Shown here: piece after piece, positions 57,623 to 64,000 of the stretch
Numbering within the stretch: position 1 is the first letter of the stretch
Layout of the letters: each line of letters begins with the position of its first letter
NCBI GenBank assembly: GCA_964525635.1
Contig: CAZGJX010000004.1
Coordinates: 16,144-80,143 of the forward strand
Source of the DNA: an uncultured archaeon
Lineage (GTDB): Archaea; Asgardarchaeota; Lokiarchaeia; Sigyniarchaeales; SOKP01
Length of the DNA stretch: 64,000 nucleotides
Direction: 5' to 3'
Made by a program: the position numbers and the translations under genes
The notes under the pieces: generated by a model
Told to the model about the DNA's origin: nothing
Seen by the model: only the letters and a program-made list of their open reading frames with translations
Databases searched by the model: none

Positions 57623-59437
57623 TTAATGATTTTTTTTTAGATTAATTTCACAATAATTTAATGTATCCAATTCAATAACAGGAACAATTCCTGGTGTAGG
57701 TTCTATACCAAAACTTCTCATGAAATCTGTTTGACTTTGAAAACATCCTGAATTTATTAATTTAACGCCCCTATAGGTGTTAAAATCATTTATATGAATA
57801 TGACCCGTATGAAAAATTTGAGGAATCTCATCAATAACTAACCAATCTTTGGAAGTTGGAGCGATTTGTGTTTTATTACCATATGCAGGAGCTAAATGCC
57901 TACAAATTAGTAATTCTTTCATAGTTTCTGCAGGTTTATTATTATCTAAATCAGGTATTAAAAAGTTCAGATCAATTAGACTATCTCCATGATATACTAA
58001 AGAATCTACTTGATGAGTTTGAATTACACATGGATTGCCTAATACTTTAACATTAATATCCAATAAATCTTGTGTATATTTTTTTGGGACCGCTGGACGA
58101 GGTATTGCATTTCTAACAGGTTCATGATTTCCACAACTATAAAATATTTGAATATAATCAGGAATTTCAGAAATAATCTCTGCAGCTTTCCTATATTGAT
58201 CATAAATGTCAGCAATAACAAGATCTTCTTTTTGATTTGGATAGACACCAATACCATCAACCAAATCTCCATTGATAATAATATATTTGATTTTCTCAGC
58301 TTGTTTTCTAACTTTTTTATTATTTATATTACCTTTTAAAAAATCAATAAATTTATTCCATAATTTTTCTTCAAATTCTCTACTTCCAATATGGATATCT
58401 GAGATTAAAACAAGAGATAAAGGATCTGGTGAAGTTTTTGGTTCAATTCCCATTGGTATATCAATTTTTGAAATTATATTTGCAAAAATTATGCCATTTT
58501 TTCCATGTTCTCCAGGTTTGAAAATTCCATTGACATATAACATTTGATCATTTATAGTTCTTTTAGCAGTTTTTATATTATCTCGAATTTCTGTATCTTT
58601 TTTTACTAAAACATTAATATTACCAGTTAAATCTTCAAGAGTTAGAAAATAATGTCCATTTTTTGTTTGATTTATCTCTTTAACCAGTCCTATTATTGAA
58701 ATTTCTGTATTTTCTTTAAACCTAGATATATTACTAATATTTATAGAGGAACGTGTTTCTGGTCTTTTAGACATTAATTTACTTAATCGATTATATTTAT
58801 CAAGGGTAAGAGTATAAAAATCATTGTATTCTCCAGAAGTAAACAATTTTCCAGTAGGATCTTTTTTTATTTTATAATTTGATTCTATTTCTTTAGCAAT
58901 TGGATTAAAAATTAATTTAGATTTAGGAGCCCCCATTCTATTTATCATTAAAGATATATCATCTTTTTTCTGGATAGATTGCTCAGAAGTAATTTTTGGG
59001 ATTGTAGGTGTTTTTACTACATTAGATACATTTCTCTTACTTATCTGAGATTTCGTATCTTCCATATTCATTTGATTTAAACTAGGAGAAGATAATAATT
59101 TTTTATTTTGTAATTGTTCTTTAACTTCATTTTTTTGTTTGTTAACCTTTATATCTTTTATTATTTTTGTTGTTGAACTTTTTTTTGATTCTCTTTTTTC
59201 ATTAATATTTTCTAAGGATTTTAGAATTTCCTTATTTGAGATTTTACTCAAAGTTTCAACAGTTATGTGACTTTTAAAGGTCGGATTAAAACTAGTTTCT
59301 CTAATTATTAAATCTAAATTTTTAAAAGGAGAATCCGTGGTTAAAATCAATTCAAGTACGGAAGGTGAAATATTAATACCAGAATTAACCAATTTTTTTA
59401 AAATGATTCTCTTTTTCTCAAGAATATTAGTTGTCAA
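57623..59437 (-). CDS. polB: DNA polymerase D (Pol II) small subunit DP1
   Basis: 604 aa. Calcineurin-like phosphoesterase motifs LISDIHIGS, INGDLVDGIGVY, GNHEP and HTGHIH. An OB-fold region lies upstream. Confidence 0.9.
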   Translation of the reverse strand: MTTNILEKKRIILKKLVNSGINISPSVLELILTTDSPFKNLDLIIRETSFNPTFKSHITVETLSKISNKEILKSLENINEKRESKKSSTTKIIKDIKVNKQKNEVKEQLQNKKLLSSPSLNQMNMEDTKSQISKRNVSNVVKTPTIPKITSEQSIQKKDDISLMINRMGAPKSKLIFNPIAKEIESNYKIKKDPTGKLFTSGEYNDFYTLTLDKYNRLSKLMSKRPETRSSINISNISRFKENTEISIIGLVKEINQTKNGHYFLTLEDLTGNINVLVKKDTEIRDNIKTAKRTINDQMLYVNGIFKPGEHGKNGIIFANIISKIDIPMGIEPKTSPDPLSLVLISDIHIGSREFEEKLWNKFIDFLKGNINNKKVRKQAEKIKYIIINGDLVDGIGVYPNQKEDLVIADIYDQYRKAAEIISEIPDYIQIFYSCGNHEPVRNAIPRPAVPKKYTQDLLDINVKVLGNPCVIQTHQVDSLVYHGDSLIDLNFLIPDLDNNKPAETMKELLICRHLAPAYGNKTQIAPTSKDWLVIDEIPQIFHTGHIHINDFNTYRGVKLINSGCFQSQTDFMRSFGIEPTPGIVPVIELDTLNYCEINLKKNH

Positions 59438-59757
59438 TATATTATTTGTTTTATATTAGTTCTTATTATATTTTTTGATTGATAGATTTTATTATTTTTT
59501 ATTAATGAAAAAATAAAAGGAGCATATTAATTTTCTAAATAGTAATATTTATCGAAATTATAAATGAACTATTCTTAGACAAATAATTATTTATCTATTA
59601 TATGATAAATCGATTTTTAAAAAATTAGTAACTTAAGAACCTCTCCTTATTAAAAAATAATAAACAATCTATTAATAATCGAATTTAATTTAGATACAGA
59701 TTAATAAAATCATATAATCTCTGATTAATAAATAAAAAAAAGGAAAAATCGGATACT

Positions 59758-62700
59758 ATGGTTGTAATGAGCAAAAATGTTGAAGAATACTTCAATAATA
59801 TTCAAATGAAGGTAAAAGAATGTTATGATTTAGCAGAAATTGCACGAAACAAGGGTTTGGATCCTGAAACTTTTGTTGAATCACCTCAAGCAAAAGATTT
59901 AGCTGGCAGAGTAGAAAAACTGATAGGACCAGAAGGAGTAGCAGAATTAATTCGTTTACTAAAAGCTCAAGGCAAATCAGAGGATATGATTGTTTTTCAA
60001 GTTGTATCTGATATTTTGGAAAGAAAAATTGGAGATATTGAGAAATTAGAAGATCGGGTAGAAAGAGCAATAAGAGTAGGATTAGCAATAAAAACTATGG
60101 GTGTCGTAAGTGCTCCATTAGAAGGAATTTCAAAAATTCTAATTAAAAAGGACCAACAAGGAAAAAGTTATCTATCATTATACTTCGCAGGACCTATTCG
60201 AGCAGCTGGAGGTACAACAGCGGGATTATGTGTTTTAATTGCAGATTTCGTTAGGAAAAAATCGAATATCCCTAAATATGAAGCAACAGAAGGAGAAATT
60301 GGACGATATGTGGAAGAAATTAAACTCTATGATAGAAGAGTACATTTGCAATATCCTTCAACTAATAATGAAATAAGATTTGCTGTTGAACATCTTCCTG
60401 TAGAAATTAATGGTGATTCTACAGAAGATGAAGAAGTTTCTGCTTTTAGAGACCTTCCAAGAGTTGATACGAATAATATTCGCGGAGGGGCTTGTCTTGT
60501 TTTAAATGATGGTATTTTATCAAAAGCTAAAAAACTTCTTAAAATTGCCAAATTGATGGATTTGAAAGGATGGGAATGGTTAGCAAATTTAAAAAGTATT
60601 TCACACAATAGTGATAAAAATTTAACAATTAACAAAGAAGATAATATAATTGAAAAAAGTGTAACACCAAATCCAAAATATATAGCAGATATAATCGCAG
60701 GAAGACCCGTATTTAGCCACCCATCTCGTATTGGAGGCCATAGATTAAGATATGGAAGGTCACGAAATACTGGATTGGCAGCAGGAGGAATGCATCCTGT
60801 ATCAATGATATTGTTGGATAAATTTATTGCAATAGGAACTCAACTGAGAATTGAAAGACCAGGTAAGAGTACTAGTGTGTGTCCAGTAACTTCCATTGAA
60901 ACTCCAATTGTAAAATTAAAGAATGGGAATGTTATTCGAATTGATTCAATGAATAAAGCTGAGAAAATATTTCCTATGATTAAAAAGGTACTTTTTATTG
61001 GAGATATTATTTTTGGTTATGGAGAATTTGCAGAAAATAATCATCAATTAATCCCTTCTGGATATGTTGAGGAATGGTGGGTATTAGAATTTGAAAATGA
61101 GATAAATAAGAAGGAAAATAAAAATCATAAATACAAAAAATATATAGATAATCCATTTGATAATATTCCAACAGCCGAATTAGCAATTGAACTTTCTTTA
61201 GAATATAATATACCTTTACATCCTAAGTATACAGATTATTGGGGGAATTTAGAGGTTAATGAACTTGAAATACTTCGAGAAGCTTTTGGAAAAAGTTATA
61301 TTAAAAATGAGAATTCTATAAGATTAGAAAATGAACAATCTATTAGGAAAATCCTTGAAAAAGCTTTTGTACTTCATAAAATTAAAGATAATAAAATTTT
61401 ATTCAGTTCGGATATGAATAAGGTTTATGAGAAAATATTCAATTTATCAGATTATAAATCTATAAAACCTGATAAAAAAGATGATGTTTTTACTTATTTT
61501 AGTAAGATAACTTCTATTAAAATTAAGAACAAGGCCCCTTATTTTATTGGGTCTCGAATGGGGCGTCCTGAAAAATCTGAAAGAAAAACTATGAAAGGAA
61601 TTCATTCATTATTTCCTCTAAGCGATGTTGTTGGTAGTTCTCGGTTATTTGAAAAAGCAATAGAAAATACTAAAATAAAAAATGATGATTTTGATTCGAG
61701 AAAATATGATAAAAAAAGAACTTTGAGAAATGCTGAAGAAAATAAAACTGAAGTAGGTAAAATAAAAATTGATGTATGTAGAAGGATATGTCCTAAATGT
61801 AAAAGTATTAATATATTTAATACATGCTCAAAATGTAAATCTCATACGGATTTAACATCAATTTGTATTAATTGTAAAAAACTTTATCCTGCAGTTGATC
61901 CAGATGAAAAAAAACTATGTCCTCAATGTAAACAACCATTAAAAGCATCATTTGAAAAATCATTTGATATTAAATCACATATGGACTCTGTGTTAAAAAA
62001 ACTTCAAATCACCTTTCCAAAAAAAATTAAAGGGATTATTGGATTAACTAATGCATTTAAAGTACCTGAACCTGTAGAGAAAGGTATTTTAAGGGCAAGG
62101 AATGGTGTTTTGGTTTATAAAACGGCAGAAGTTCGATATGATGCTACAGATATTCCCTTAACTCATTTTAAACCAAAAGAAATAGGAATTACAATCAATA
62201 AACTCAAGGAATTAGGTTATGAATATGACTATAAGGGATCACCTCTTGTTGATGATGAGCAAATTATCGAACTACATGTACAAGATATCCTTCTTTCAGA
62301 TGACTGTGCGGAATATCTTATAAAAGTATCAAAATTCTTAGATGAAGAGTTAGAATACTTCTACCAAATGAAAAGATTTTATAACGTTAAAGAACGGGAT
62401 GATCTTATAGGACATCTCACCGTTGGGCTTGCTCCACATACAAGCGCAGGAATCATCGGAAGAATTATTGGATTCTCACCTGCTCGTTCGATTTATGCTC
62501 ATCCTTATTGGCATGCTGCGAAGCGCAGGAACTGCGACGGTGATGAAGATGCAGTCATGCTCCTCTTAGATCCCTTACTTAATTTTTCTAGAAATTATTT
62601 ACCAAGTAAGATTGGTGGGAGAATGGATGCCACACTCGTTATTGGTACTCTATTAGATCCTAATGAAATTGATAGCGAAGCACATAATATTGATACTTTA

Positions 62701-63291
62701 TATAGATATCCTCTTGAGTTTTATGAAGCAACCCAAAGATATGTTTCTCCTAATGAAATTGAAGAAATAATGGATATTGTTAAAAATCGATTGGGAACAA
62801 ATAAACAATATGAACAGATTGGATTTAATATTCCAACCAAAGATATTAATTTAGGACCAAAAGTGACAGCATATAAAACTTATGAATCAATGGATGATAA
62901 AATTGAAGCTCAACTCCATTTAGCAAAAATAATAAAAGCTGTTGATGCTAAAAATGTTGCAACCAAAATCTTATCAACTCATTTTAATCCAGACATTTTA
63001 GGAAATTTACGTAAGTTTTCAGTCCAAGAGTTCCGGTGTGTAAAATGCAACAAAAAATATCGTCGTCCTCCCCTTTCAAATTCAGGGAAATGTCCTAAAT
63101 GTGGAAATAATATCATTTTAACCGTGAATAAGGGAGGAATTCATAAATATGTTCCTCGAGCAATAAAATTATGCGAAGATTTTAACTTAGATGCCTATAC
63201 ATGCCAAAGTATGGAATTAGTTGAAGAATATATTACAAGTTTAGCTGATAATCCAAAAATTAAGCAACAAAAATTATCTGACTTTTTTTAA
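59758..63291 (+). CDS. polC: DNA polymerase D (Pol II) large subunit DP2
   Basis: 1177 aa. Conserved blocks GLAPHTSAGIIGRIIGF and RRNCDGDEDAVMLLLD, plus Cys clusters CPKC..CSKC and CVKC...CPKCG. No intein-sized insertion is evident. Confidence 0.9.
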   Translation: MVVMSKNVEEYFNNIQMKVKECYDLAEIARNKGLDPETFVESPQAKDLAGRVEKLIGPEGVAELIRLLKAQGKSEDMIVFQVVSDILERKIGDIEKLEDRVERAIRVGLAIKTMGVVSAPLEGISKILIKKDQQGKSYLSLYFAGPIRAAGGTTAGLCVLIADFVRKKSNIPKYEATEGEIGRYVEEIKLYDRRVHLQYPSTNNEIRFAVEHLPVEINGDSTEDEEVSAFRDLPRVDTNNIRGGACLVLNDGILSKAKKLLKIAKLMDLKGWEWLANLKSISHNSDKNLTINKEDNIIEKSVTPNPKYIADIIAGRPVFSHPSRIGGHRLRYGRSRNTGLAAGGMHPVSMILLDKFIAIGTQLRIERPGKSTSVCPVTSIETPIVKLKNGNVIRIDSMNKAEKIFPMIKKVLFIGDIIFGYGEFAENNHQLIPSGYVEEWWVLEFENEINKKENKNHKYKKYIDNPFDNIPTAELAIELSLEYNIPLHPKYTDYWGNLEVNELEILREAFGKSYIKNENSIRLENEQSIRKILEKAFVLHKIKDNKILFSSDMNKVYEKIFNLSDYKSIKPDKKDDVFTYFSKITSIKIKNKAPYFIGSRMGRPEKSERKTMKGIHSLFPLSDVVGSSRLFEKAIENTKIKNDDFDSRKYDKKRTLRNAEENKTEVGKIKIDVCRRICPKCKSINIFNTCSKCKSHTDLTSICINCKKLYPAVDPDEKKLCPQCKQPLKASFEKSFDIKSHMDSVLKKLQITFPKKIKGIIGLTNAFKVPEPVEKGILRARNGVLVYKTAEVRYDATDIPLTHFKPKEIGITINKLKELGYEYDYKGSPLVDDEQIIELHVQDILLSDDCAEYLIKVSKFLDEELEYFYQMKRFYNVKERDDLIGHLTVGLAPHTSAGIIGRIIGFSPARSIYAHPYWHAAKRRNCDGDEDAVMLLLDPLLNFSRNYLPSKIGGRMDATLVIGTLLDPNEIDSEAHNIDTLYRYPLEFYEATQRYVSPNEIEEIMDIVKNRLGTNKQYEQIGFNIPTKDINLGPKVTAYKTYESMDDKIEAQLHLAKIIKAVDAKNVATKILSTHFNPDILGNLRKFSVQEFRCVKCNKKYRRPPLSNSGKCPKCGNNIILTVNKGGIHKYVPRAIKLCEDFNLDAYTCQSMELVEEYITSLADNPKIKQQKLSDFF

Positions 63292-64000
63292 TTATTCTAC
63301 TCTCAAATCTATGCTCCTTATCGTATTATTACATAATTCAATACAATTATTTAAGGTTTCAGCAGAACATTTCTCAGGTGTGTCCCTTATACTATGTATA
63401 TATTTCATATCTTTATTTGAATTAAAATGACATACTTGAAATCCATTTCTCTTATATATTTTTGAAAATAAGCGAAAGGTCTTATGATCACTCCCTGCTC
63501 CAAATATATCATGTTCAGGGTTTATTTTTATTTTCATTTTTTTTGCAGTAGTTTTTATAACATTATTTATATTTTTATTCATTTCTTTCTTTTTAAAAAA
63601 GCCAACTTTATCAACCAACCCAATATATGAACCCACCATGTCAACATTTATAAGATATGATTTATTTAAATCATAATCACTATCTAATTCTTCAAAATGT
63701 TTTTTACAATATTGTCTTGATCCCCATAATCCCCATTCTTCAGCACCACACCATAAAAAAATAATATCTATTTTATTTAGAGGATTGGATTTAACTAATT
63801 TAACCAATTCTAATAAAATCGCTATACCACTTGCATTATCAATAGAACCAACAGATTCATTCTTAATATGATTAAATAAAATAATAATCAAGAGGGAGCT
63901 TAATAATAAACCAATTATAAATATTAGATTTCTTATCGTCAGGAATAGATCATTTATAATCAATATTTTCCATAATGTAATAAATACCCATAACGAAAGA
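63292..64000 (-). CDS. M28-family metallopeptidase, 5' end beyond the window
   Basis: Motifs DNASGIAILLE and CGAEEWGLWGS. The reading frame remains open upstream of the TTG at 63963 to the window edge. Confidence 0.7.
   Translation of the reverse strand, partial: LSLWVFITLWKILIINDLFLTIRNLIFIIGLLLSSLLIIILFNHIKNESVGSIDNASGIAILLELVKLVKSNPLNKIDIIFLWCGAEEWGLWGSRQYCKKHFEELDSDYDLNKSYLINVDMVGSYIGLVDKVGFFKKKEMNKNINNVIKTTAKKMKIKINPEHDIFGAGSDHKTFRLFSKIYKRNGFQVCHFNSNKDMKYIHSIRDTPEKCSAETLNNCIELCNNTIRSIDLRVE

Overview
This is a very AT-rich archaeal chromosomal segment (roughly 25-30% GC by eye), densely coding on both strands. I found no rRNA, tRNA or CRISPR array. Recognisable core genes are gatE-gatD, an Elp3-like radical-SAM/GNAT gene, pyrD-pyrK, nop5-fibrillarin, RNase HII, archaeal SAM synthetase, hypB, an LSm-like gene, pelota, cutA, archease, a NusA-like KH protein and CDP-archaeol synthase. 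An orc1/cdc6 gene sits next to both PolD subunits, which marks a likely oriC neighbourhood. Eukaryote-like extras include an Elf1 homologue, Elp3, a degenerate Rab-like GTPase, a longin/roadblock-like protein and AN1 zinc fingers fused to intramembrane proteases. Together with PolD these suggest an Asgard/TACK-type archaeon, but that is inference only. Accessory blocks are interleaved with the core genes:
- A decayed IS607/TnpB chimera next to a SIR2-TPR gene and a SWIM-TIR gene.
- A minus-strand operon (24.4-29.9 kb) encoding an AAA+ ATPase, a degenerate Rad50/SMC-like coiled-coil protein and a ScpB-like protein.
- A 727-codon reading frame broken by one TAA.
- A multi-zinc-ribbon Vsr-like nuclease.
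- A three-gene orphan operon (38.7-42.0 kb).
The strongest finding is two 30-nt in-frame insertions, each carrying a UGA stop. One interrupts the RNase HII catalytic motif and the other the first CxxC knuckle of Elf1. Both fold into canonical bulge-helix-bulge (BHB) motifs whose predicted cleavage sites restore the conserved protein sequences exactly. I interpret them as tRNA-type mini-introns inside mRNAs. Several other genes lack a canonical start codon or need a 1-nt homopolymer correction. I report these as unresolved: assembly error, pseudogenisation or non-canonical initiation.
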